Shown here piece by piece: positions 1 to 20,600 of a DNA stretch of 64,000 bases (its first letter is position 1; each line of letters opens with the position of its first letter). The notes beneath the pieces are model-generated. The model worked only from the letters and a program-made list of their open reading frames with translations, was not told the origin of the DNA and made no database searches. The position numbers were made by a program, and so were the translations under genes. The DNA lies in contig NC_092671.1 in NCBI RefSeq assembly GCF_964355755.1, positions 33,428,304 to 33,492,303 of the forward strand. Reading direction: 5' to 3'. Origin of the DNA: Antedon mediterranea. Its lineage: Eukaryota; Animalia; Echinodermata.

Positions 1-778
1 AGCCTCTTGGCTACGAATATTACAAACGGTATGGTGTTATGATTGTTTGAAATAAAGTTATATATATTAAACCTATACATTTTTATACAAAAACAAACAA
101 ATAACAAAACCGGAGAGAAATTTACTGGCTTTATCCACTATGGAGTGTATTATATAGCTTTGATAAACCCAGTGGCTAAAGGTCAATTAATTATGGGATA
201 AATGACAGATATGACACGACCACCTGCGATACGACCGGACCACCTGCGATATTACAACATGTCTGGTCATTTAATGAGTTTACTCATCATTATTCTCGAA
301 TGTGTTCCGGCCAGCTGTGTGGCATTGATCTCACTGTCTAGTCTAAAGTCTGTCTTTTTACTAGTTTAACAAACAGCTGTTTACATAATCTAATCAAACG
401 TTATAAATAAAGAAAACGAAGTTGAAGGGCAAATCATTTGGGGAAATGGGTGAAAAAAACTATTAAAAAAAATTGACCAAAAATTAACTTGATGGTGCCC
501 ATTCATTGGATTAATATCAGCAAGAAATTGGTCTAATAAACGCATCAATTTACAGTTAAAAATAGCTTTAACAATAAAGAGGAATTAAAAGGTGCTACAT
601 CGGTCGGGCTAGAAGAAGAGTGAGTAACATATTGGAGCTATTATAATATAGATTGTAGAAATATCAGGTTGTGAGTGGCCCCTTGTAGTAGGTATGTGAA
701 AAAACATTCATTAGGCCAAGAAATGTAGTTTATAGTCTAGCATGCAATGCTGTTTAGTTTCCCCACACTATTACTTAC

Positions 779-5261
<4,483 letters not shown>

Positions 5262-5399
5262 CTCAAGGCCTAGAATAAAAACGATTGTTAACATAGCACA
5301 GTGTATGAAACATAGTTTTAAAAAATACAGATTATTATTTCAATGTACTCTAAAAATCATGACAATTTACCTTAACTGTTCAATCATGATTTAGGCCGA

Positions 5400-5640
5400 T
5401 ATATTCGCATTACTTTTAATGCTCTTTCGTTCTTGTGTACTTTTTAACAATCATGTACTGTACTTTTGAACATTTAAACAGTTATTCCTAAAGTGACCAA
5501 TAATAGCGGCCCAGCTCGATTTTCACGTGGCGTTTGTTGAAAATATTCCATACTGCATAACGCCGATTCTTTCAGTCTTTCTGACACGTCAACGTTCGTA
5601 CAAACATACGTGGAAAAACACAAGTCTAATTCTTTCATAA
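5400..5640. promoter_or_regulatory. Shared bidirectional promoter of PRMT2 and SEC61B
   Basis: Under 300 bp separates the likely PRMT2 exon-1 donor (5371) from the SEC61B ATG (5649). Contains CCAAT at 5497, CACGTGGC at 5524, TGACACGTCA at 5582 and TACGTGG at 5607. Confidence 0.7.
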
Positions 5641-5648
5641 TATTTATA

Positions 5649-7700
<2,052 letters not shown>

Positions 7701-10700
7701 GCTGCCCGAAAATACAACTAATAAATTAAAAGTGGATGATAGGAACGACAAAATGGAGGCAATAATGTTTGTGACTGCTTGAAATATGCACAACAAAGAT
7801 ATTTTTCTGAACATTTTCATTCAAGTAGCTGTAAAGGAAATCGCCTAGATGAACTTTAATGTAACAGTTGACAAACTTTATTGCCTTTTAATTATAACAT
7901 CTTTGTTTATAAACATTTCAGAATTAAAAATCTAGTCTTTGTATAGCAAAAACTATAAGTCCAAGGGTGGGGGAAGGGAGTAGACAAGGAAACATACGAA
8001 CTCAGTCTATAATTTTAAATTGCTTTAATTAAAATTAAATTTGTGTCTTTGGAATGTTCGAAGGGCCAAATTATCAATTATGTAATGTAAACCTTAAAAG
8101 GTTTACCCATGAAAATGAATTTCTTTGTAAAATACATACTGTAAGACAACTAAAAATAATATAAGAATAATTATTACTGTGTATTTGATGTTAATAAATG
8201 AAACTTGAATTAATATGAAATACATTGATGTCACAGACTAAATAAATCATATGCCATAACCTACAGTACTCTTAGTAGCATATACTGTAGATTTTTATAA
8301 ATGTTATTTCAGACAAGAAAAATAGTACCTGAGCTAGTTGCATTTCTAAAGCTTGGCTCACACAAGTAATTTGACTAATCAGAAGTGATTATTCAAACTG
8401 TCGCCCGTCATTGGCCAACTCGATTGCTTTGCGATCAAGTTATTACACACTAATGGGAACTTACAATCAAACGAATATTTACTGTAAAATGTTGTGCACA
8501 TTATTTTATTCAAACTTTTTTAGTTTATAAATGAAGATACACTGTAGTTTCATTCTATAGACAACTATACCATGGAGATAAAAATCATTGTTGAAATGGC
8601 TATTTGATAGCAGCTGGTATTAATTACGCAGTCATTTTGTTGTTTTCCCCTGTGCAAACATCTAATAATTTATAATTGTGCATTCAAATATTATAGAAGA
8701 CATCCGTATAAAACAGGTATAATATCGGTATTATAAAAAATGTACTTATTCTATCAAACACCAAATTATGGATTTACATTATAAAAAACAATCCTGGAAT
8801 AAAAACAAAATGTAGTACATACAAAGTTTACAGTATATTAAATTAAATGTTATATTTGTTATTTCTGTCTATATAAAGAAATACATGAATATACATATAT
8901 TATAGAAAAACTTATTAACCTAAATTATCAAACACACACTCAAAACAAGTATTTTGTAATTGTAAATAATGAAAATAATCATCTTAAATATAAAAACAAC
9001 ACAAAAATATCAAGTTGACGAAACTTCCATAACATTTTAAATGTTGGGATTTGGAAAAGGTTTCCTTTTAAGAATTTTGATATGGAGTGGTAGACTACAT
9101 TAAAAATATTTTAAAAAAAACATTCACAATCTAATAAAAATGAAAGATTTTTTTTAAAGTCTGTTTTCCACTAGGCAAAGTTCACCAGAATTAAAAGCGT
9201 CCTCATGATATTTTCACCTCAGCAAAAATTAATAGATATATATTTTTTACTTTTTTTAAAGTAAAACATTGCACAAACAACCAGAGCACTAGCAACACTC
9301 ATGAGCAACCATGGAAATTGTGAGTTAATAAAGGGCGACGCAAACTTTCTCTCTGTGAACATTAGATTCGGCCCAATAAATGTGTTTAGTGGAAAACGGG
9401 CTCAAGTGTAAAACTGTCTACCATATCAAACTTTATGTGATAACAAAATGTGATGTGCTCATATATGAACATCATGATGTCATACCATTATTTGGGCACA
9501 CCATAGTTTTTTTGTAAAACTCATATGACCCGTCAGGGTCCCTACCTGGGGTTACAGGTCTCAGGTTTTTAGTTGTTTTTTTAAAAATTAATTAGTGTTC
9601 CATGACCGTCTCATCAAAATGAATGTCTCTCATTGTTGTGCTATGTAAATATAATGTCAATGACGGCAAAATGTCCCCAATAATGGGGATAGCTATGCAA
9701 ACAAGTAATTGTAGACAGAGCTTAAGTTATGGTAAGAATTCAAATATATTACTTTTTATAATATTACATTTATAAAATGTTGTTAAAATAATTAATAAAT
9801 GAATACATTAATATTAAAAACAAACTATTATTTGAATTATAAACAATCCAGTAGAATTTTGAATAAACCATTGAGGTATTATATAACAGAGTCAAGTACA
9901 GTAGGTGACATAGAATGCCAACACTACATCCAATAACTATTATTATTTATAGAATAAGTAGTGGGCAGAGCTTTGAACGGCTGATATAATGCAGCCATAT
10001 TGGATGGTCTCTTTCTATATGGTGGCTCGCTTTTTGATATGCAATTGCATGGGATTGACATTACGTTATATTGCCTGGAATATTTAGGCGTACTATATTA
10101 TGTATACATTATTGGAGTGTCTAAAACAACAGTTATTGTTAAACTCAACATCTATTCTATTTTCAATAATTCACACTACCTGAGATTAGAATAATGTGGT
10201 ATTTTGAATGTTACTTGGTTAAATATATTTCAGAATAGTAAACATCTGAATTTAATATTGTATAAATGCCATAGGTAATGGATTTATTTAATATTTGTAG
10301 AAGATATTTTAAATATTTACTTTCAAACTGTATGCATATGGTTCTGGACCTCATTAATTCATATTTCAAATGTTTTTAGTAATTTAAATTAAGGAAACCT
10401 TTTTCTTACTAAAACCATAGAGATATTATAATATCTCTATGCTAAAACTTAGTGCATGTATCTACTGTATCTTGTGCATTGATGTAATTGGTTTTTCATT
10501 TTTCTTAATTTAATGTGGTCCTATTAAGGTTTACAATGCTCTAGCTAGTTACAATTTGACACCCATTTTGACAATTGGTCAATTATTTATTCCATACAAA
10601 CATTTTCATCCAAATTTATTACTGTAGTTGGGAGTAGGAAATACAGTGGATTAACTATCTATGTTGCTACTGTAGATTGCCAAATGGCAGTATGAGCCTC

Positions 10701-11672
10701 TGGCTACAATATTGTTAGAATTACACGTTACAATATAAAAAAAGTGATTGTGCCTTACAAGAATGTTTAATAAGCTACAGTACAATACATTCTTACCAGT
10801 GTATAATATGGATACACATTAATTAGGGAAAGACCAAAGTTAAAAAAGAAAAGAAAAACAGCTGTTGTAAATTAAATTGCAATTAGTCTGTACTATATAT
10901 TATTATAAAAAATTGTGACCTAGATATTAATAATACTATTCACAGCAAAGTGCATAACTACTGTATCTTAAAAGTCGTGTCTCTTCACCGATGGGTTATT
11001 GGTGGGTGATTGTGCAAAGTTATGTTTATTTTATGGAGTATTTTTAATCATGCTCCAAAATCCAGTTAGCGCAGGGTGCCCAGTTTGGTTTGATAGTGGT
11101 CTCTGTATTGCGTACTAAAATAACTTATTTCATTTGCTTTATAAAATATTATATATATTTGTTGTCAAAATTTCAGCTGCAACTTTCAGGAATTTCGAAA
11201 AAAAAAACCACTGAAAAATGGTCATAAATTTGTCAACCTATGTCAAAATCTGCTTCTGAGTACTTAATCACAAGAAGGCTCTTTTGTCGATTTTTCCAAT
11301 CACTAAAGGCTATTTCACACTGAACACTGTTATACATGTCAAGCAAAACAGGTTTGACCCGACGAACAATTTCAGTGTTAACATCAAATCAAACAAATGT
11401 GTAAGCGTCGGTCGATTCTCAAACTTCAATGTGATGAATTTCTGAACTCACAAAGGCTCCATGTGTGAATAAGTTAGAAGCAAGCTAGAGTGGCTCCATT
11501 GTTACTTTTTTTTCAAGCTTCATGCAACTCACTTCAGTTCGCACCGTTCTTGTGATAAATTAAAATTCCTGCCCTTAAACCATCATAAATTAGTTAAATT
11601 ACAAATCATTTAAACACTGCGTAAATACAATCTACCTACACCTTAACGCTATTACAAAATATACGTATTAAT

Positions 11673-14600
11673 TTATAACCCGCCGTTAAATGGTAATGAC
11701 TTTGTTGCTTTTCTTTCTCCCATCCTGAGAGCTGTCTCAAGTCGAACATTAGCCATTGCACCTGTCTTTACTGCACACATAAGCTGGAAAAATCATTTAA
11801 TAATCAAAATGTTCAATAAAACGAAAAGAAATACCTACAATACTGGGTAATGACTAACATCAAAGATAAACAACATTGGATAAGATAAACAACATTGGAT
11901 AAGATAGAGAACATTGGATAAGATAAACAACATTGGATAAGATAGAGAACATTGGATAAGATAAACAACATTGGATAAGATAGAGAACTTGGATGGGACG
12001 CCATCTGGAATATCAGGTGCTGTATAGACTATTCAGAGTGATATGGTGTAATCTTATGTTATCGAACTACCATTTGAGAAGCATGGCAGTGCTCCCAAAA
12101 TCGCCTGTCCCCCCCCATTCCGGGGCAATTAAAAATCATGTCGGCCATTTAGAATTTTTGTGTCCTGAAGGGCAACCTAAAGTAATAAATATTCCTAAAC
12201 CACAATATAGATCAAGTTTCTCCAAGCTAGACACAAGCCTAAGGTACTGTCTTATAAAATTGATAGCAAGGAAAACTTCCCTGTTTATAGTTGTATGGAC
12301 TGTGTGGTTAATGGGTTGTTTTACATACAGTACATTTTTAAGAACTTATATATAAACTGGAGATCTAGTTCACCTTGGGAGGAAGAACAATAATCTATGA
12401 AAAATTGTATACCAAAATCTGAAGTAATCTTACCTGTAGAAATTCATCCAGTTCTATCTTACCGTTCTTGTTACAATCTACCTCCTGAAGCATTTCCCTG
12501 AGCTGGTCCTCTTGAATGGTTTCACCAATGCTCTAAACAGAACCAAAATGTACCCGGAAAATGTTGAGTTTTAACTATTAGTACTACAGTATAACTATTG
12601 AATCATAAGATTCAAGAAATTGTATTAGTCCACTTTAAAATGGAAATTTGTTTTGACAATGAAACAACAAAGACAAATACATCAAATTGCAAAAGGCAAT
12701 GTTAAAATACTATCTTTATAGGCCAATGTTAAAATACTGTTAAAAATCTACTAAAAATGCAGATTAATATAGTAATTAATACTTTGATACAAAAAAGTCA
12801 TATACTTCATAGCAGGAAATTATCAGAGAGACATAATTCCAAATAATAGGCCTAATTATTACAGGCGCTCTGGTAGAACAGTCTTTGACTGAAGAGGTCT
12901 CAAAAGAAGAAGTAAATAAATGATATGGCAATGACAAAAACAGCCTCAATATCATATATATATATATTTTATTCCTGTCCACCCAGGCAGCACTTGCCAG
13001 CTTTATACTATGACGTTATCCAAATTCCTTCACTTGCACTGATGAAGGGCTAGTGTTGCCCGAAAGCTCTGCTAACTTTTCTGGCTGTTTTACTTCTCGT
13101 TTTGATTTAGCTTTTCGCTTTTATTTTGTATCTCCATTGAGATCCAGCCACTGATACCCACAGCATTGTCAATATTTTCAGTAATTTGCCTTTGGATTTA
13201 TATATTAGTATCATATATTTATCAGTAAGATTGTAAATATTGATATAAGTTTGCGGTACACCACGTATATTGATCGAAACGTCGAGAAACTCAATAGTTC
13301 TTTTCAGAACTAATATACGTGGTGTACCGCAAACTTATATCAACATTTGATTTCGCCATGCAAACCTTCAAACAATATAAGATTGTAAATGTTTTTGTAT
13401 TGAAGAAATTTATAGACGAGGAGAACTACTTTACTGTTAGGTGCTACATGGTCCCGGAGTTGACCCCTATTGACCTCCAATAAGGAAAAGAGTAAACGTA
13501 CCTCTAAATAATTCCTAACATCAATTGCAGTGATGAAGCCCTTCTTAGATTGGTCGAGCAACTGAAATCGTTTCCTATACTTTTCAATTTCTGGTTTGCT
13601 GAAGTTTAACGGAACTTTCAATAGGGACACATGACAGGATAGTCCCATTTCATTGCACAAAAATGTTTTAGTTTTCTTTAGTTCTTCCTGCAAAAACATT
13701 AAACAAATTATCAAATTACATTCTTGAACAAAATGTTTTGCATAGTCTTTGTTCTATTCTTTATTTCACGATAATATCTGACACACTGTATTTTAAAGAA
13801 GTGCTTCCTGATCACATTTTGAGATTTGATTCGATACGAGCTTCTCATCTAAAACTTTTTATAAAAAACACCACATACCTCTTTTTTTGCTTTGTTCCAT
13901 TTGAGTTCCTCGGCCATGATGTCAACTATCCTTGGTAAGGCTTCTTCAGCTGCTTGTACATTCAAAAATCCAAGTCTCAACCTGCGTCCAATAACATCTA
14001 CCGCGCTCCTAGCGTACTCTCTACAGGCGTATGTTACCTAATTATAAAAAAAACCCCTCATTTTAATACAGAATATGAAAAAATGTATTCTAAATTAAAT
14101 ATCACACTCGTCTATCCTTCATCATAAGGAATTTATTAAAATAATCAGTGCTAGGCCTTCTATATTAGGTAACAATATAATGATGACATAATACAATGGT
14201 TGTAGCATAACAACCAAGACTACAAACCTAACAAACACAAAAATGTCACATTTACAGATTTTAGTAACATATTTTTATGGCCAAAAGATTTAAAGATTTA
14301 ACCCAGGACAGTTGGATTGATAAATCCATTTTGAGTTATAAATCAAATTATCAATCTCTCGATTAAAATGCTATTAATACATGTAACTATCACTATTGTT
14401 ATATTATGTTTTTACTTTTTGTAGAAGTTAACTAAAAAAAAAAACGATCAGTATTTCTTTAAATAGATGTATTGTTCCCAAAAAAATTAATTGAAGATTA
14501 ATAAAATCAGATTTTTTATAGGCTATTTTGCAGTAGTTTTAATAAAGTTAATCACTCTCATGAAAAAAAAAAGAAAACAAATTTCAGAAAAATAATAATT

Positions 14601-17600
14601 TTTTTTAGGGGGACAATATGTATCTTTAAAAGCTACAATAAAGATGTATGCAATAAACCAAATCTGACCTCAGCTTCAATGTAAGGAAACTCCTCCATGA
14701 TTCTAACACCAACCACTGGCCATCGGCGCCCAGTCAGGTTGGCAATGCGTGCTACTTCTACAGCTTTGTCACCATATGTATTGGCAAGATTTTGGGCCAC
14801 CTGTACAAAGCATGTGATTCAGTGATATTAAAAGATGATTACAGGTTTTTTTCATTCAAAATTAAAGTTTAGTGTATTGTTATTTTTATTGTATACCGCA
14901 TGTAGAGTGGCCGAGAGGTAAGTCAAAGGTCACCGTAAAGATAGCCACAATATTAACACAGCTGGCCATCAGTTCTGGAGCTAAAACAAGTATTCTTGGA
15001 TCTAGGCTTAGGACCAGTGTACATATATGGCTCATATAAAGTTAAAAAGAACCCAGTAGGTCTTTCGGAAAGAGAAGATAGATGCTACTTGGTGTTATAA
15101 TGGTCTATTTTAGTTCCGTCTTTTATCACTGTGCAATCACTTTGTTACAAAACAATGGAAGAGATTAGCTAAGACAATTAAGGCCACTCTGTTGGGTAGC
15201 ATTTGCGATCTGGATAGCCTATCTTGATTTGCCAAGAAGACAAATCGAGCTATCGGATCAGCATTCTCACAGAGGCTGCTAGTGTGTACCAGTTCTCACC
15301 AAAATGTATGGGTAATAATTTTCAGTCTCACATCCTTGAGTTTGTTGAAATATTAATCAAAGATTGTCAGTAATAAAAATATCATATTTTATAATAATAA
15401 ATATTTATAATAAATTTATTTATTTTAATGCATTGATCCATTATAAATTAAAGTATTCACTTGCCTCACTGTCCAAACCAAAATCTTGAACCAGTCTTAT
15501 AAACATGTTAGGCGTCCATCCTGCAGCACCTTCTAGAAGCAATCCATCGGTCAAACTATCATTTTTAGGTTCAAGTTGGCATGAATTGACCGCTGCATCC
15601 ACAGCATCTTTGGCCATTGCTCTATAAGTTGTCCATTTTCCACCTAAATATGTAATATTATTGATCTCAATAATCCAAAGAGGTTACTGCTAAGTACATC
15701 TTCAATATAAGTTTTACTCAATAGGATGGAGTTTTGGTTTTGCAACAATAACACTAGAGCTCTTTTCTCACAGGCGTATTTTATGCCCTTTATTGTTATT
15801 GTATATTTCTTAGTAGAAATAGTACGATATAAATGTTATTATCATCGCATTGATTAATTAATTTAGGTATCGAAACTGTACTACCTACCTGCAATTGTAA
15901 CAAGATTAGTGTCGCTGACCTCTATCACATGGTTTCGTGCTAATGACTCGGTGTTATTTGAGTTAGGATTCTTAACGAGAGGTCTAATACCAGACCAGGC
16001 TGCCAACACATCTCCTCGTCGAACTAAAAAATAAAATCACAAAAATACATTAAAATGCGATTAAAATAGTAGCACTGCAAAAATATGGTACAAAGTTGAT
16101 CAAAAGTGCTGTTGACACATGCAACATTTATAGGGCTGGGAGTATGGCCGGGATAGAGAAGTACAGTATACTAAGAAACTGCCTGTCACATTTATAGGGC
16201 TGGGAGTATGGGATGGAGAAGTACAGTATACTAAGAAACTGCCTGTCACATTTATAGGGCTGGGAGTATGGGATGGAGAAGTACAGTATACTAAGAAACT
16301 GCCTGTCACATTTATAGGGCTGGGAGTATGGGATGGAGAAGTACAGTATACTAAGAAACTGCCTGTCACATTTTCGTCCTAAATCTAACTAACCCCTTAA
16401 GCCTGTTTTCCACTAGGAAAATTTATTTGCATAAATCAAAAGCAACCATCTTTCGAATCCCTTTCTGCAACAAATTTTATTCTTGATTTTTTTGCTTCAG
16501 TGAATTTAGTAGTTTCTACTTTTTGACAAAATTAAACAACCAATCAGAGGTCAGGAAATTAGATGTTGATGATCACTCATGCAAATTAAATAGCTCAGCA
16601 AAAATGAAAATCTATTCGGTCTTGGTTGTGGAAAAGATAACATTAGATTCACACGAATAAACAACTAATAGAGCACTTGGATGGGTCAAATAAATGCCCA
16701 GTGAGTCTATTAGTACAGGCTATATGTGACATTTATCCTATGTAACCTTGAAAAAATTCTAATAAAAGGTCTTTTGGTATTTTCTTGTAGCTTTAGGTGT
16801 GAATAAATACCAAAAAATTTTTGCAGCCTTCTAGTTGCTGCGTTAGTGAGATATTGAGGGTCAAAGGTCAGTGACCTTTTTGTGGCATTTGATGGCTCAT
16901 AACTCCTCAATTCCTGGGTTTAAAAAGACAAATGTGGTTTCTACATCTATGTTTTAGTGGTCAAACAACAAAATAAAGTTTTTGCAAATTTCGGGTTACT
17001 TGTGCCATTGGTCAGATAGTCGGGTCAAAGGTCATTGACCTTTATTCATTAATAACTACTACTAGTTTAGGACCTGGGTAAGATTTGTATGCATTCAATT
17101 TAGGAGAGAATATCTCAACTGTTATAGGATAATTAGACCCCAAGGAACAACATGCGATATGTGCCAAATTCGTTATCGGGGGCGAACATGCCCAAAATCG
17201 GGGTCAAAGGTTAGAAATGTGTGGTTCTTATATCTCGACAACCAAATAATACAGATTTGCTTTTGGTGTCAAATTGTTCAGAAAATACATATTTATATTC
17301 AGTCTAACACAACGTTTACCCCAAAAAATGACCGGAAATGCTTTTACTGACCTTTGACCAAACTTACTTACTTAATGTCATCCCACTATTAAGTGGGTGC
17401 CATGATAATTTGTCTCCACACATCTCTATCAAGCATGCTCTTTCTCAGTTCACTCAGGTCTAGTTTGGTATCTTTCAACAGAATGTCGAGCGAAGTCAGT
17501 TGAGGTCTTCCCACTTTCCTTTTCTCTTCTGGTTCCCAAAGGAGAACTCTTGAGGCAGGCTCAGAGCTTCTCATAACATGACCGGCAAGGCCCATGCGAC

Positions 17601-20600
17601 GTCTTTGAATGATGGTCGTAAGACGGGGAAGGTTGGCATATAGTGTCTTGTTGGTGGCGTGTGAGGACCATGGGATGTTTTGGACTTTCCTCAGCATGCG
17701 GGTGTATGCTCCATCCAATGATTTTGAGAGCGATGAAGTAAGACTCCATGTCTCACAGCCGTAAAGAAGAATGGCTTGAACTGTTGACTTAAAGAGGCGG
17801 ATTTTTGTGGACTTGTTGATACGAGATGCCCATATTTTTGAAAGACTGTTCAGCGCACCCCATGCTTGACCAAGTCTTGCTTCGAAATCATGGTTAGTGG
17901 ATGAACAGTAGCTTCCGAGGTAGCTGAAATCCTCTACTTGTTCTATTGCTGATCCATCCAGTGCGAGAGTTATAGAAGGTGATGAGGGGTTTAAATGTAT
18001 GAATTGGGTCTTCTTGATGTTTAAGTATAAACCTATAGCTTGTGTGGCTTGTTGAATTCTGTGCAGTAGATTTTCGGCAGCATGTATGGAATCTTCAAGA
18101 ATGGCGATGTCATCGGCAAAGTCCAGGTCTGGTAGTACTTCAGCTGGATGTCTTCTACTACGGCGGAGGGTGAGACCGTCTGATGATGTAGTTGCTGATC
18201 ACACTACAAAGTCAAGGCAGACAATAAACAAGAATGGAGCAAGAGGGTCTCCTTGAACTACGCCAGAGTCGATGTTGAAGCAATCAGTCTCACCATCTGG
18301 AGTGAGGACAACTGCTGATGTATTGATATACATTACTCTGATGGCTTCTACAATTTTATGAGGGATGCCGTATGCTAAGAGGATCTTCATCATGATGTTG
18401 CGATTGATGGAATTGAAGGCTTTGCGAAAGTGATGGTTCTTAAAGATGTATTGTCCCCCAAAAAATGAAAAATAAAGATGGAAAAAATCAAATTTTGAAT
18501 AGACCGTTTTGTAGTTAACATAAAGTTATTCACTTCCACCGAAAAAAAATCCGAAAAAAATATTGATTTCGCTTATAAAAAAATCAAAATAAGTTTACCA
18601 TTTTTTCGAACTCGTCGGCTCAGAAATTAGGCCGGTAGAGCTAACTCATACATATGCATGATATGTTAATGAGCATCCACACAGCAGAGATCTGATCTAA
18701 CAATGGACGATGCACGTTGTACAACAACACCACCAGAGATCGACGCTACTCGACTGTGGGTTTCCCTGGCCTGATCGTATAAATATGTAAAGCTGAGCTG
18801 TTAATTTTTCGGTAAGTAGGCCTAGACGGTTATTTTAAATATAATAATATATATAACGCAATAATAACAGGAAGGTAAATTAATTAACTTAGCCTGGAAT
18901 TTTTTCAGTTCAGGGCTAGGCCTAGAATAATTAATACATGCTGCTGCATATTACTAGGCTAGTAGCAAGCAGACTGTGACAATCAGGTCCCTGCAGAAGA
19001 TGCCCAGCTAGGCCCTATACATTGTACTCTTCATAGACTGGCCTAGGCTATATGCCATCAATCTTAGCTACATTCCGAAAATACAGCCAGCTTGCTGTAC
19101 CATATATATTTACAGTTGAAGCTTGTTTAACTAATTTTTATGATAAAAATAAAACAAACATTTTTCAGGGAAAATGGTTGCAATACAAGCCTGAAATGGA
19201 GAACCTTCCAGCAGCACTGTACAAGTAGACAGAGGGGAAAAGCCAGCTTAGCCATTTTACAACACAAACAAATGTTCTCTGTACTGTAGTAAGTCAAATA
19301 TTTATTTTCTCTTTTTATAAGTTATAACATTATAAGTAATGTGTTTTAATTACCATAGAAAGGTAGTATATGTACTTATTTGACTATATGTCAAAGTAAG
19401 CAATTTCACTAGCACAATTTTGCACTAAATATGCATGATGTATTTTTTCCAGATTTTCATACTTTGCTTTTACTTTTTTTAAAGACGTTGATGAAGACTG
19501 GAACAGAGGTCACCCAAAGACAACAATGATAGACTCGGTATTGGAATATGATTGGATATTGCAGGAAAAATATTTCCGACTCTCCTGCTGCATTCGGCCA
19601 ATATGTTCTTGTCCAGCTTGTAAAATATTGTATAATTTTGTTTGTATTATATGTACAGTATATTATTTTGTAAACATAACATTCAATAAATAAAAAAAAA
19701 CTACTACAACAGTACACAGGATAAATTCTTCAAATTTACTTACACTTCATAATTTTACTGTAAATATTACAGTGCAAAAGGAGTTAATAAAATATATATA
19801 TACAGTATATCTTATTGAATTCCTGTATTGTGTTTTGTGTCAATTTGTCTACTAATTATCAATGTGTTGATTGTGGCAGTAATTACGACAGCTATAGTCT
19901 TCTAAGATCGCTCACATCCATTACAAAGTGTCATTTTAATAGTAAGAAACGTTTCAATAAATTGTGAATGTTGCCACTGTACGATACATTTTATGTTTCT
20001 CACTACTTGCTCTTATTGTTCAATCAATCAACCTAAAAAAAAAGAAATTTGTGTCAAAATATCTGCATAAAATGTTTATTTGCGGAATGTTAATTTGAAC
20101 CTATTGCATTTGATAAAGAAAATATTTTTAAAATATTGCATCACTAAAACATCCAAAACAATATTTAGATTTTCTTTTTTTTTAAATTTTCACTGCCGAA
20201 TAGATAGTTGAAATCTTTAAAAATCAATTAAACCAATTCATCATGATAGAAACAAAAATACATCCCTTCTGGTGGTGGTCTACTGTAGCCCTAGCTAGCA
20301 GTGTACTGCCTAGGCCTACTACACTCTACTTCTAGAGACAGAAGTAGGCAGCAGTTTAGGCTACTCGAGACTGTCAGTGCTAGTAGTAGTAGACTAGTAG
20401 TACAGTAGCAGCAAATTCGGGCCTAGGCCTAGCTAGGCCTCTCCTGTTAGCGAAACAAAAACTCACCTAAATGAATAAGATTCAACATCAAAGTTACTAA
20501 CTGTAATTCTAACTTAGCATTCTGCTAGCTATAGTTTTCGTGTTTTCTTCAAGATTCGTCTCGCATCACTACTCGACTCTCTCGCACGCACGCATTGCTA

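Noticed and set aside
16100-16369. 89-aa repeat ORF
   Set aside because: Translation of the 60-bp minisatellite.
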